From a virus: a stretch of DNA of 64,000 nucleotides. The stretch lies in the IMG/VR virus record IMGVR_UViG_3300032397_000002, positions 104,623 through 168,622 of that record; one strand, given 5' to 3'. The notes beneath the pieces were generated by a model. The model saw nothing but the letters and a program-made list of their open reading frames with translations, made no database searches and was not told the DNA's origin. A program made the translations under genes and the position numbers. Position 1 is the first letter of the stretch; each line of letters begins with the position of its first letter. This document shows positions 35,901 to 46,400 of the stretch, in pieces.

Positions 35901-38900
35901 AAACGCTTCGTCCTGCCGATGTTCAGGCGTGTGAAGCCTGGCTCAAGCACCTACGGTATCACCAACGACTTCAAAGACGCCGACAACAGCAACCTGAGCC
36001 TGGCCAAGGCCTTCGCCACCTCCATGGACTGGCGCGACTTTGCTGTCTTCATGCCGGCCCGCACCAAGTCCAATGGTATCCCCGACACCAACAAGACCTT
36101 GATGTGGCGCTACAAGCGGCTCGGGGCAGAGGGGAACAAGGCCCGCATCCAGTATGTCTATCCGACGGCCATCAACCAGACGACCCTGGTGACTTGGTCC
36201 CCGCTGACCAGTTCCTATACTGACATCAAGGTGCGTTTGCCAAGCGGCTCTGCCCTCCGCACTGGTGTCACCTACACCAACAGTACCCGCATCGGCACCT
36301 CTGCCCAGCTTTCCGGCAGCGGTCTGTACAACTACCAGCACATCTTCAACCTCAGCATCGCCTCTGCTGTTCGAGAGGTCCATCTTGACATCACCTCTTC
36401 CGACGGTACCATGCTTGTTGGACAGACCGTCACTGGAGCCACCAGTGGTGCTCATGGTGTCATTGCCACGGGTTCCGGTCTTGGGTCTGGCTCTGCCACC
36501 CTCGTCTTGACCAGCGTCGCCGGCGGCGCCTTCGTCTCTGGAGAGGCCCTGAACGTCACCGGTGTACCTCATGCCCTTGTCAGTGGTACCCAATACGGTG
36601 TCACCACCCTGACTCTGGTCCTGCCCTCAGGCATCACTGGCTGTGGTTTCTTCAGCGGCGACACTCTGCACATCGAGTACAACGGAACTGGAACTGGGGT
36701 TGGGTTCCTCTCCGGGAATCGCACTCTTGTCGCCGCTACCTCGACCTCAAACATTATCTCTTTTGTCGAGGGAACGACGGCTATCAGCGCCACGGCAAGT
36801 GTGGGCACCGTCAGCTACGATTCTTCTGAGGTCAGACTCAACGGCTCGAATGTCGTCTCCACCGACATCATGACCATCGCCTCTGGCTCCAGCCTACCCA
36901 CGGCCTTTGAGCAGAGCACCAAAATTCAGACCCTCACCAGCAACTACATCGTCACTCAGTCGCCGACGGTACCGCTAGCCCCGGACCTTGGCGTGAACAT
37001 CCAGTGGCACCCCATCAACGCAACAACGAACATTGTCTGGTTCCCCCTGGGCACCACGACCATTTCAGCCATCGCCACCGCCGTCAATGCCCAAGCCAAC
37101 TGTCCCGTCAGTGTCTTCTTGGCAGGTGATGGTGCGGGCAACACGGGCGGGGCCATCACCTCTGCTACCTACGAGTCGGTTGCCAATGGCGGGCTGGGCT
37201 CTACCACCTCCGACACGCCTTGGTACTACTTCGCGGATGGTCTGAACTGGATTCGAAGCAATACGACTCCCCTGCTCGACAGCTTGGACTTCAACTTCAC
37301 CTTCAAGGAGCCGGTCACCGTCGGCCTCGCCACCAACAGCGACTGGCTCAACGAGACTGTCCGTCTGGTACCCATCACCGCTGAGAACATCAGTGAGTAC
37401 CTCTCCACCAGTGGCCCAGGTGGCCTCTTCGCCAATGGAGAGTCGGTGGTCAGCAACAGAGGTGGAAGGCCTCAAATCACCACCCTGACGGCTGGCAGCG
37501 GTGGCAGTATTCAGGTTCAAGGCGGGACGGCCAACAGCCTCACTTCTGTCGTCAAAGGACAAGCAACCCAGGTTGCGAGCACCTATGCGGTTGCTACAGT
37601 TGCCACCAGCGACACCACGGGCCTGAGTGCTGGCCACTGGATGCGACTGCAGAACAGCTACGCGGTACCAAAGACCCGCATCATCTCCACCACAGACCTG
37701 GAAAGCATTGATACGAACGGAGTTGTCAGGCTCGATCAAATTCGACTGAACTACACTGCCGGCTCATCTATTTCCTGGGTAACGGGAGAGACTATCACTG
37801 GAGCTACCAGTGGCGCTCATGGTGTCGTCTCCGGTTCTTCGTCTGGTACCTTTGGCTTCATCAGCTTTGAGTCCGCCAGTTTTTTCGGAAACTTCATCAA
37901 CGGAGAGGCCTTGAACGGAAGTATCAGTGGTCCTTCTCATGGTTTAGCCTCTGGCACCAACTACATCAGGGCCACCAATACTCAAGCCTGGACCTTCGCC
38001 AATACCGGCAATGCCCCCTTTGCCAGCCTGGTTTGGCAGGTGGAGAAGCAGGGCAACTTCATTGCCTACCAGTACATCAGTGGGGGCAGCCCAGACCTCA
38101 GTGGCATCCAAGAAGGTGATTGGGTCCACATCGGTACAGCCGGCACCACCAATGCCCGTAACCGGGGTCTCCATCGCGTTGTCCGTATCGACAACACGAC
38201 CAAGACCTTCTGGATTGAGAACAGCAACGCTTTGGAAGAGATCGCCACCATGACCATGGCTTTCTTGACCTACGACAGCATCGTGCCTGGCGACAAGCTC
38301 GCCATCAACACCAGTCTGTGGGGTATCAACAACCTTGGCACTTGGACGGTGGCCAGCATCGACCTCAGCACCTACGGTGGTGGCAACAATCAGTGGAAGT
38401 TCACCCTAGATGTTAGCTCCAGAACCCCCACGGCCGTGGCGTCCCCCGGTCCCGGCGATCTTGGCGACAGCTCCAACCTCGTTCAGGTCATCGAGGGGTC
38501 TGCCAGCAGTCTGGTGAAGCGAATCTGGGCCATCAGCCCGAACCCGGACGACGCCAGCCTCACCGACATCAAGTTTGACTCCTGGGCGGGTGGGACGAAG
38601 GTCAGTGAGTCCGCTGGAACCATCCTGTCGAGCCTTGACAAGCTCGCCTTTGATACCAGCCTGGCATCCGGCATCGATGGCTACCAGCACAGCACCGGTC
38701 TCATCGAGGAAGCCAACAAGGTGGGCTACGGGGTAGACTCAGACCCCAGCACCTACCCAGGTCTCATCGCGGCTGGTGCCTCTGTGAACATCACTGGCCC
38801 CCTGGTGCATCGCATCCAGGTCTCCCTGGCTCTTCGAATTCGTTCCGGCGTCAGCGCTCGGGACATCAAGTCTGCCGTCCGTTCAGCCGTGGCCGCCTAC

Positions 38901-39101
38901 ATCAATGGCTCAGGAGTTGGCAAGCAAATCAGTCTTTCAGAGGTGGTCACAGCTGCCCAGGGCGTCAACGGGGTTGTCTCCGTGACGATTCTCAGCCCCA
39001 GCTACACTGCAGGAACAGACCTCATCAACGTTCAACCCTACGAAAAACCCATGGTTCTGAATCTCGACGACGACATTCAGGTCTCCTTCGTGGGGGAGTA
39101 A
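32976..39101 (+). CDS. Giant baseplate J-like wedge protein (2041 aa)
   Basis: ATGQALDRLG, G..GNV.AG.I, G...EDD..YRERI, ATPLAI, C-terminal YING.GVG..I.LSEVV. Confidence 0.85.
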   Translation: MATIPTPRSYSATVGDMLDALLSKLGIPNVRVGSGTLSIIEAAAQSDLRSSQDIFNLLNSTSLDRATGQALDRLGNDEDAPRIAESASSGGITVSDTSFTKVSTKVFQGKPPPIIGSAVLYVSDALLFPSSGSVYIGRGTTNYEGPLAYTSKTNNTNYWTLNLAVSNYTTKYHNLGETVVLAQGGDRIVAAGTVVQTAQANAASAVQFSVQYAATLPDGETSITGVSVVAKTPGVVGNVIAGSINSFVSAPFTGAAVNNPSPFSNGLGTEDDNTYRERIRAVRQSRSRATPLAIKTGITGISSLTENKRVISCSVIRRQAYPTTVYIDDGTGYEEATQGVALETLVDEALGGEQYFQLVHGRPVAKAYVASVFQAPFILSSSMKLAVQVGGKLSEHVFSSSEFRSISNASAYEVVASINANVDLTWNARTLNSGTQVALFSKSDTEEDIEVVTPSGSFVDANTAMGFSSGKVDTLRLYKNDVLLSKDGQLAVLTGNNQGLWVGTSSGETLIIQVDGVNVALAAGTNTYTINDIDFVNAGTAFRTVSSTNSLESWAEVLNYKIPGITAAVVGGSVTLTSNRGRTSKASVAVTGGTLNTKGLFPISTATGKDLDYTLDRNLGQIRLEDSLLLHTGDRLTAGSYATRAFLESGELTTLTISGTANTSVSGEAGAELWFVVDGSAQLITTRIGNSTSVTFVAAGTWTGGARKVQITGLSTLFENVVAGDWLIVNDANINIANRGAFRVVAVTGGGLTVEVERPASYVGPYETVALSTGGMIVVRTTADVQRVYLPNAANYTAASIATSITSQLRGAAAATYRTKQFRVRTNSFLTEGDIALVASNVEGLKLTLNVGSATSNQTSHLASIEAGNPETGTPQFNINTIASASSTSVFTVNNTWVRNAGDLVVGLSPVDSVGARYGNVRHVTPIEYLNGNILTTRRPAVNSWLVNDRVYSASSYAMTADDEMAVVVDGDTSGKRFVLPMFRRVKPGSSTYGITNDFKDADNSNLSLAKAFATSMDWRDFAVFMPARTKSNGIPDTNKTLMWRYKRLGAEGNKARIQYVYPTAINQTTLVTWSPLTSSYTDIKVRLPSGSALRTGVTYTNSTRIGTSAQLSGSGLYNYQHIFNLSIASAVREVHLDITSSDGTMLVGQTVTGATSGAHGVIATGSGLGSGSATLVLTSVAGGAFVSGEALNVTGVPHALVSGTQYGVTTLTLVLPSGITGCGFFSGDTLHIEYNGTGTGVGFLSGNRTLVAATSTSNIISFVEGTTAISATASVGTVSYDSSEVRLNGSNVVSTDIMTIASGSSLPTAFEQSTKIQTLTSNYIVTQSPTVPLAPDLGVNIQWHPINATTNIVWFPLGTTTISAIATAVNAQANCPVSVFLAGDGAGNTGGAITSATYESVANGGLGSTTSDTPWYYFADGLNWIRSNTTPLLDSLDFNFTFKEPVTVGLATNSDWLNETVRLVPITAENISEYLSTSGPGGLFANGESVVSNRGGRPQITTLTAGSGGSIQVQGGTANSLTSVVKGQATQVASTYAVATVATSDTTGLSAGHWMRLQNSYAVPKTRIISTTDLESIDTNGVVRLDQIRLNYTAGSSISWVTGETITGATSGAHGVVSGSSSGTFGFISFESASFFGNFINGEALNGSISGPSHGLASGTNYIRATNTQAWTFANTGNAPFASLVWQVEKQGNFIAYQYISGGSPDLSGIQEGDWVHIGTAGTTNARNRGLHRVVRIDNTTKTFWIENSNALEEIATMTMAFLTYDSIVPGDKLAINTSLWGINNLGTWTVASIDLSTYGGGNNQWKFTLDVSSRTPTAVASPGPGDLGDSSNLVQVIEGSASSLVKRIWAISPNPDDASLTDIKFDSWAGGTKVSESAGTILSSLDKLAFDTSLASGIDGYQHSTGLIEEANKVGYGVDSDPSTYPGLIAAGASVNITGPLVHRIQVSLALRIRSGVSARDIKSAVRSAVAAYINGSGVGKQISLSEVVTAAQGVNGVVSVTILSPSYTAGTDLINVQPYEKPMVLNLDDDIQVSFVGE

Positions 39102-39123
39102 TCTTCTAGCCTGAGGAACACAC

Positions 39124-41025
39124 ATGTCAAAGCTCTTCCGTCGAACCTGGGAACGTCAACGCTACGGGCGCGCAGGCGCTATCAGTGCAGTCTTGAGTGC
39201 CCGAACCGGCACCGATGGGGTCATCAGCGGAGCCAGCTTCTCAGCTCCAGTGAAGGCCTTCACGTCGGCTACCGCAGCCTTCGTTGCCAGTGACGTTGGC
39301 AGGAAGATTCGCATCACCGGAGCCGTCAGCAATCGCTACAATGGCATGTACGTCATCGACGCCGTAAACTCTGGCACCAGCGTCAATCTCCGCTGCAACC
39401 ACAATGTGGGTGGAACCCCCACTTCCGACGCCAAGTTCTACGAGAACGGCACCACAATCACCTGGAAAATCCTGGAGTCTTGCACGTTTACGGCCGATTC
39501 AGCCGGTGACATGGAGGACTTCTATCCGGGCAGCTACATGTTCGTCGAGTCGGCCACCAACGCAAATAGGGGCTTGTGGTTGATTTGCCACCGCATCGAT
39601 TCTCAAACTGTGTACCTTTCGAAGTCCTATGTCTACTGGATGTCGGACAACAACCCCTACACAGACTACATCATCGAGGCTACGGAAGATTTTCAGACCC
39701 AAAGCGGTCTACGTTGGTATGTCGTTGACCGACAGCCGATGTCGCTGCCAGACTACTACGAACTCTTCACTCAGTTCCTTATCGACACCGGCTGGAGCCT
39801 CTACCAGCAGCGCGGTCACAACACCACCATGCAGACCTACCGGGACAACATCTACAAATCCACCGGAGAAACAGACACCCTGATTCCTGGCGGCAAAGCG
39901 ATGTTTCTGCGGTACTCCATGGCTGGAGTCAAGGGGACTACAGCCCAATCGACGAACGGTAATGGGCTCGGTCTCTGTTCAGCTATCTTCAATCACTGGG
40001 ACCCCACATTGACAGCAGTGTTGCCGGGAGATGGCGCGGCAGGGTGCCGAGCTAGCTCAAACTTTAACGATGGCCAGGCGACTCAGCCGGGTTTGAACTA
40101 CGCCAGCAACAACAGCTTCAGCTGGGCCAACTACCAGTGGAGACCAGTCAGCGTTTCATGGTTGGAGAGAGGTCGCTCCGACCTTCCAGACTCACAGATT
40201 TTTTCGGACTACGCCTTCTTTGGTGACAGAGACGAAATAATTTCTCATGCGAATCAGCTTGGGTATCTTGGCACCATCCAATATGTAAGATACATGGTCA
40301 GTCATCTCAAGTTGATGGGGGCTAACCCGAACATTGTCACAGTCATCAATAACGTGACTTCTGGCTCCAACAAAGACCTCAACACCGGGACCATCGACAT
40401 CACGACTCTGACTCCTCCCTATGCCGTGGGTGACAACATCACCCTTCTCGGCAGAAAGTCCAGCTCCCCAGCTGAGTTCGTGGAGACTACCACCATTGTC
40501 AGCTTCAACAATACTGACACGAACAATCGCCTAGTTCGGGTTGCTGCCATCAGCATGGCTTTTGGTAACGGACCAGATACCCTCAAGCTGCAGATTGGTG
40601 AAGACCCATTCCCAATGGCCATCATGTCGACCGCAAGCAGTACCTTCACTCCGTATCTTCACAATCTCTCCAAACTAGGCAATGCCGTCGTTCGCAATGG
40701 TTCGCCTGGTCGAGACTTTGATGGAACCGCCTCAGGCTCTACAAGCACCGCTTTCGAGATTTGGAGTGCTGGTTTTTCAGAAGCGGACCCAAACAGAAAA
40801 ACTGGCAAGTTTGGGCTTCTGGCCATTGGAGTTCGCAACGTAGCCAACGGAGAATTTCGTGGTCGTTTTCGCTATATCTGGGACACCCCAGACTACAGAT
40901 GGCCAGTTGGAGCCAAGTTTCTGGTCTCTGGCGTCGATGCCTATGTCCAGACCACCGTTGGCGCATCTGGCAATATGCAAGCAGTGGGCCCCATGTCCAA
41001 GGCCATGGCTGGCATCTACCCGTAA
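39124..41025 (+). CDS. Virion structural protein
   Basis: Beta-rich; IYKSTGE motif; located in the tail module. Confidence 0.6.
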   Translation: MSKLFRRTWERQRYGRAGAISAVLSARTGTDGVISGASFSAPVKAFTSATAAFVASDVGRKIRITGAVSNRYNGMYVIDAVNSGTSVNLRCNHNVGGTPTSDAKFYENGTTITWKILESCTFTADSAGDMEDFYPGSYMFVESATNANRGLWLICHRIDSQTVYLSKSYVYWMSDNNPYTDYIIEATEDFQTQSGLRWYVVDRQPMSLPDYYELFTQFLIDTGWSLYQQRGHNTTMQTYRDNIYKSTGETDTLIPGGKAMFLRYSMAGVKGTTAQSTNGNGLGLCSAIFNHWDPTLTAVLPGDGAAGCRASSNFNDGQATQPGLNYASNNSFSWANYQWRPVSVSWLERGRSDLPDSQIFSDYAFFGDRDEIISHANQLGYLGTIQYVRYMVSHLKLMGANPNIVTVINNVTSGSNKDLNTGTIDITTLTPPYAVGDNITLLGRKSSSPAEFVETTTIVSFNNTDTNNRLVRVAAISMAFGNGPDTLKLQIGEDPFPMAIMSTASSTFTPYLHNLSKLGNAVVRNGSPGRDFDGTASGSTSTAFEIWSAGFSEADPNRKTGKFGLLAIGVRNVANGEFRGRFRYIWDTPDYRWPVGAKFLVSGVDAYVQTTVGASGNMQAVGPMSKAMAGIYP

Positions 41026-41034
41026 GGAGCTTGG

Positions 41035-42759
41035 ATGGCACTTGTAGCCAAAAGAACTGCTGCAGCTGGTGGGGCCGACGCCACGGTTACCACTGCGGCT
41101 GGCGTCTGGGGCGTCATCGACGCCCTCCTCATTGCCGCCGGTTGGACGGTTGCTTTCGATTTTACTACGGCTGTTGTTCCCTATGTGCCCAGCACCAGCC
41201 CGACGCCAGGGCCACAGATAGATATGGTCTTCTCAGCAGGCCAGGTCGTGGAGACGAACGGAAACCGATACCAGGCCAACACAGCTGGACTCACCGCTTT
41301 TTCTCCTGGAACAGGTCCCGCCGGGATAACGCTTACAATTGCAGACCGCTCAGGCAACTGGCGCTATCTCAGTTCTGCTGGTGCAGGAGACAAGGTCTAC
41401 ACAAGCACTGGTGAGTCTGGCAACGAAAAGCTTTTTATTCGAGTCAATTACTCGACGGCGGCGGCGATCTCGACACCTGTTGTCAACATCTATTTCTATC
41501 AATACTGGAGTGGCGTCTGGGGATACAACACCTACGGCCCCAACATATGGAGTCTCCAACAGCACACCTTCACTGCAGGAAACACCGTCAACTACGCAAT
41601 GGTTGCCAACAAGAATGGGTTCTGTGGTGTCACTCTTGATAGCGCCGGTGCCAAGAGGGGTCACTTTGGAGGGGGCCTGCTGACAAGGCCGCCTGGCACT
41701 ATCAACACCTTTTTCGTGGCGAACGCTTCGGTCACTGCTGGTGCCAACAAGACCTTCAACTTCTCGTCTGGCAATCCAGTCTCCGCCGGTTACAAGATTG
41801 GAGACCGAATTTTTGTTGTCTCCCAGGAGGCCGGTTCTGGTACTACCTGGAACTCGAACATCCCCGTGTACGCTGCAGTTATCACAGCGCTGACGACTTC
41901 AAGTATCACCATCGACCAAGCACAAGAAGCCACCCAGGCAGGCGCGTTTGTCGGAGCAGACCCACAGCCACTCTTCTATTTTGATGTCGCTAACATCTCT
42001 GACAACATTGGCAGCGGTAACACCATGTACATGTTCTACCGTTGGACCCAGAACACCCCAAACTTGTTTCTGTTGCCAGGTTCGTTTGGTGGAACTGCGG
42101 GTCGTGGATATGTCAATGCTGCTGGGGTGGGAGCCCTCGGGACACAGGCACCCGCTGAGATGGACCCCAACAATCGCACTGGTCGCGTTGTCATTGGCGA
42201 AACTGCTGTCATCAACAATGACAACGAAATCTGTGGCATTGTCCCATTCATCTTCTCTCAGCCGCGCGCCACAGACGCCTTCTGGACCATCGGTCGAAGT
42301 GTCAAGGAATCAACCAACTACGACTACGTGACCTTTCTTCTGGTCCCAAGCCCCACTACAGGTCGACGGCTCTGCCTTGGTCCCATCGCCATCAGCGGAA
42401 GTGCGGGCTACACAGTCGACCTCTACAAGATGGACGCCAACACCTGGATTGAGGCAGAGCCTACGGGTCCAGGAAACAGAGACGCTAGCACTCTTGGGGC
42501 TGTCGATAGATGTCTTCAAACCTACACGGTAGGCAGAGACGGGTTTCCCCTTCAGGGGGAGCTGCTTGGTCCTAACCAAGCACAGTTTAGCGTCACTGAC
42601 ATCTTGGTTGATGCGGTTATCTTGCCAAATACCATTCAAAATGGGATAGACCGCCCTCTTAGTGCCATCGCGCTCACAGGCGAGAACGTACCAGCAGACT
42701 CTTCTTCTGGGCCAACTGGTGGCAGTGGGAATGGCAGCTTCAACTCGGGGTTAAACTAA
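41035..42759 (+). CDS. Virion structural protein, paralog of 39124..41025
   Basis: VYTSTGESG, GADP, EMDPNNRTG shared with the upstream gene. Confidence 0.6.
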   Translation: MALVAKRTAAAGGADATVTTAAGVWGVIDALLIAAGWTVAFDFTTAVVPYVPSTSPTPGPQIDMVFSAGQVVETNGNRYQANTAGLTAFSPGTGPAGITLTIADRSGNWRYLSSAGAGDKVYTSTGESGNEKLFIRVNYSTAAAISTPVVNIYFYQYWSGVWGYNTYGPNIWSLQQHTFTAGNTVNYAMVANKNGFCGVTLDSAGAKRGHFGGGLLTRPPGTINTFFVANASVTAGANKTFNFSSGNPVSAGYKIGDRIFVVSQEAGSGTTWNSNIPVYAAVITALTTSSITIDQAQEATQAGAFVGADPQPLFYFDVANISDNIGSGNTMYMFYRWTQNTPNLFLLPGSFGGTAGRGYVNAAGVGALGTQAPAEMDPNNRTGRVVIGETAVINNDNEICGIVPFIFSQPRATDAFWTIGRSVKESTNYDYVTFLLVPSPTTGRRLCLGPIAISGSAGYTVDLYKMDANTWIEAEPTGPGNRDASTLGAVDRCLQTYTVGRDGFPLQGELLGPNQAQFSVTDILVDAVILPNTIQNGIDRPLSAIALTGENVPADSSSGPTGGSGNGSFNSGLN

Positions 42760-42760
42760 C

Positions 42761-43393
42761 ATGCTTGAGTACAAACAGAGTGTAGCCGCCTTTGCCCCAG
42801 TCCGCATCTTCGATGCCGGTGGCACCCCCGTCGGTGGAATTGGCTTCGGTGGGGTAGTTGCAACGGTACAAAAAGCCGACGGTAGCACTCAAACCCTCAG
42901 CCTGACCTTGTCAGATTGGTCAGAAATCACCACTGGTAGCTTCTCTGGTGCTGGTGTCTACATTTTGAAGCTGCCGGTCTCCGCCCTCAACCAAACCGGC
43001 CTCCTGACCTACGCAGTGTCCAGTACCGCCAACAAGACTTACATCGGTGCAGTCAAAGTGGTTGCCAATGAGGAAGTTGACACCTACGGGCGCATCGGTG
43101 CGCCAGTTCTCTCTACCATCAGTGCCGACATCGCAGGCGTCAAGACAGACGTCGGAACCGTGAACACCAACGTGCTGGCCCTGGCGGCTGGCCAGACGAG
43201 CATTTTGACGGTCGTAAACCTCCTGAAGAAGTACGAGATTGGCCGTTGGAAGATTCATGTCACCGGGACAGATGCCAACCGCCTTGTTCTCTACGACACC
43301 GACAATGTGACCGCCCTGTTGAAGTTCGACCTCAAGGACAGCGGTGGATCGGCCACCTTCATCAATCCCTTCGAACGTCTCCCCGTCCCCTAA
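42761..43393 (+). CDS. Virion/fibre-associated protein
   Basis: Ig-like N-terminus; C-terminal GRWKI...NPFER. Confidence 0.55.
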   Translation: MLEYKQSVAAFAPVRIFDAGGTPVGGIGFGGVVATVQKADGSTQTLSLTLSDWSEITTGSFSGAGVYILKLPVSALNQTGLLTYAVSSTANKTYIGAVKVVANEEVDTYGRIGAPVLSTISADIAGVKTDVGTVNTNVLALAAGQTSILTVVNLLKKYEIGRWKIHVTGTDANRLVLYDTDNVTALLKFDLKDSGGSATFINPFERLPVP

Positions 43394-43451
43394 GCTAGGC
43401 CGGCAATCTTCTGGCTAGGACGCGGGGGTATCAACCCCTCAGGAGAATTCC

Positions 43452-46400
43452 ATGCCAGCAGCCATCCCAGGACCGCCGCCGTTTGCCACAGCCACTGTGG
43501 CAGGCCTCCTGTCCGCCGTCGCTCAGAGCATCGGTGGTGACAAGACCTTCTTCGGAAAAGTCATCAATTCCAACCCCTTGGGGTTGATGTCCTACACGAC
43601 CGGCACCCTGCCAGCAGCAGCTGACAACACCGGATGCCTGGTCTACAACAGCTCCACTTCGAAGGTCATGTACAGCACCGGCAGTGCTTGGGTCGCTCTC
43701 GATGTCAGCAGTGGTTCGTTCGTTCTGAACACCGGCGACACCATGACTGGCCAGTTGAACATCACCGGCGCCGGCATCAGCGTTGATACGGCAGACCAGA
43801 CCTTCTTTGTTGACGCAGCAGGCAACAAGGTGGGCATCGGCACCATCACCCCTGCTGACAAGCTCGACGTCGCAACTGGTGGTCTGGCGGTTCGTGGTGC
43901 CACCTCCGCCTCTGGTGCCGGAGCCTTCGTCAGCCACACCGGCTCTGTGACCACCATTTCCAGCGTGAACTGGACTGGGCCAGCCTACCGGGACCTCATC
44001 ATCTCAGACCAGACCCTCAGCCTTAGGACCGGCACCTCTTCTGTCACCGAGCGCGTGTTGATTGGCGCCACTGGCAACGTCGCCTTCGACACCAACACCC
44101 TCTTCGTGGATGCCGTCAACAATCGTGTCGGCATTCTCACTGTCGTGCCCACCCAGCCCCTAGAAGTGGCCGGCATCATCTTCAGTAACACGGGTGGCTT
44201 CAAGTTCCCAGACAACACCACCCAGACCTCGTCTGGTGTCAAGCTCACCGGCGACACCATGATTGGAACACTGGTCATTACCGGCGCTGGAATGGATGTC
44301 AACAGTGCCGACCATACACTCTTTGTCGACTCAGTCAACAGTCGAGTTGGTATTGGCACGAACGTCCCCAGCAAGAAGCTCCACATCAAGTCGTCGGTCG
44401 TCGACCACCTCGTTCAGATTGAAAACACGAACGTCAGTGGCAGCTCTGGCATTTCCTGTTTCTCGAACGCTGGTAGTGAGAAGCTTCGTGTTGGATATGC
44501 AAACCCCAGCTTCGGCGCACCGCTTCAGGGCTTGAGCTTCATCGCTACGGACGGCACCACCGACCTCATCATTGCCCATGCCAGCACTGAGTACCACCGC
44601 TTCTTCCAGACGGGCAGCGTGAAGTTTGACCAGGCTGACAACCTCCTTGTCATCGACAGCGCCAACAATCGCATCGGAATCGGCCTCGCAACGCCAAGTG
44701 CTACTCATCAAGTCACGATGGCTGGTAACACCAGCACCGTCAATAGCCATGTACTGAAGATTTACAATTCCAGCGGCAATGGGTACTCTGGGATTGAATT
44801 CTTCCATGCCAACGGTTCCACTACAGGGGGGAGTCTGAGCTACGGGGGCGGCACCACCACTGCAGGTGGAAACGGCCAGTTCACCCTGGACATCCCAGCT
44901 GGCTTCTACATCCGCAACGGCACCGCTATTTACCACCAGTTCTCCAGCTCAGGAAATGTCGTTCTCGATACAACCGACAACCTCTTCTACATGGACGCCA
45001 CCAACAACAAGGTTGGCATCAACCTTGGTACAGGCTCTCTGGCAACTGCAGCAGGGGCCTATAGCTACCCGCTTGTGGTAGAGCTTGGCTCCACCGGCAC
45101 CAGGGCCTCCTTGATTCGAGGCCTTGGTACCAACCGGAAGGCCCTTGCCATCCAGGACAGCACCAACAACCGCACTTGGTCCTGGGACCACGCTACTTCT
45201 TCGAACAACAACCGCTTCGAGCTGTACTACCACAACGGCACTACGGAAGGTCGACATCTCGTTCTTACCACCGACGGCAAGTTGGGGGTCGGGGAAATCA
45301 CCCCCACCGTTGAACTCGATGTCATTGGTAGCGGCCAGTTCACTGGCGGGCTCACCGTCGACACCAACACTCTGGTCGTCGATGCAACTGCCAACCAGGT
45401 AGGTATCGGAACAACTCCTGGCGCAGGCAACAAGCTTGATGTGGCTGGTGACATCAACCTCACTGGCGCCCTGAAGCCCAATGGCGTCGCTGGTACGGTC
45501 GGCTACGTCCTTCAATCTGGAGGAGCTGGTGTGGCGCCGACCTGGGTGGCACCTGGTACCGCTACGATGACCATCGGCAGTGCCGTTGCCTCTGGCACTG
45601 TTGGTTCTGTACTCTTTGTCGGTGCTGGCACCACGCTGGCTCAGGACAACGCGAATCTCTTCTGGGACGACACCAACAATCGTCTTGGTATCGACAATGC
45701 AGCACCCAGCGAAGCTCTCCATGTCACCGGCAACGTCAGATTCTCTGGCGCATTGATGCCGAACAACGCAGCCGGTACGTCAGGTCAGATTCTCACATCT
45801 GCTGGTCCTGGTGTTCCACCGACCTGGGGCAGTGGAGCTGTCACTGGCACTGGTACATCCGGCAACGTTGCTTACTGGACTGGTACATCTGCCATCGCCG
45901 CCGACGCTGGACAGCTCCAATGGGACGCTGCAGCCAATCGATTGGGCATTGGGTCGGTTGGGACTCCAAGCTTTACTCTTCAGGTTGCCGGCGACTTTGG
46001 TTTCACCAGCACGATGTACATCGGGCCCAGCGCCCAGGCTGGTACTGCTGGCCAGGTCTTGACGTCTGGCGGTGCTGGAGCCGCACCCACCTGGGGTACT
46101 GCACCGGTAACTGGCAGCGGCACCGCCGGTCAATTTGCCTACTGGAACGGTGCCAACGCACTCCTTGGCGTAGGCACCGGCATGAAGTGGGTCGACGCTT
46201 CGGCACTTCTTGCAATTGGTACTTCAGCTCCGACCCCGACTAGGACTCTTGAGGTTTATGGTCGAGCCTACACCGACTACAACGCAAGCAACAGCCTGCC
46301 AGCGTTCCAGATTGAAAGAAGCGGTGTCACTTCGATTGGCCAGGCGCACTTGCATCTAGGAGGCGCTACTAGCACTGGCAGTACTACGCGCTATTCCATG

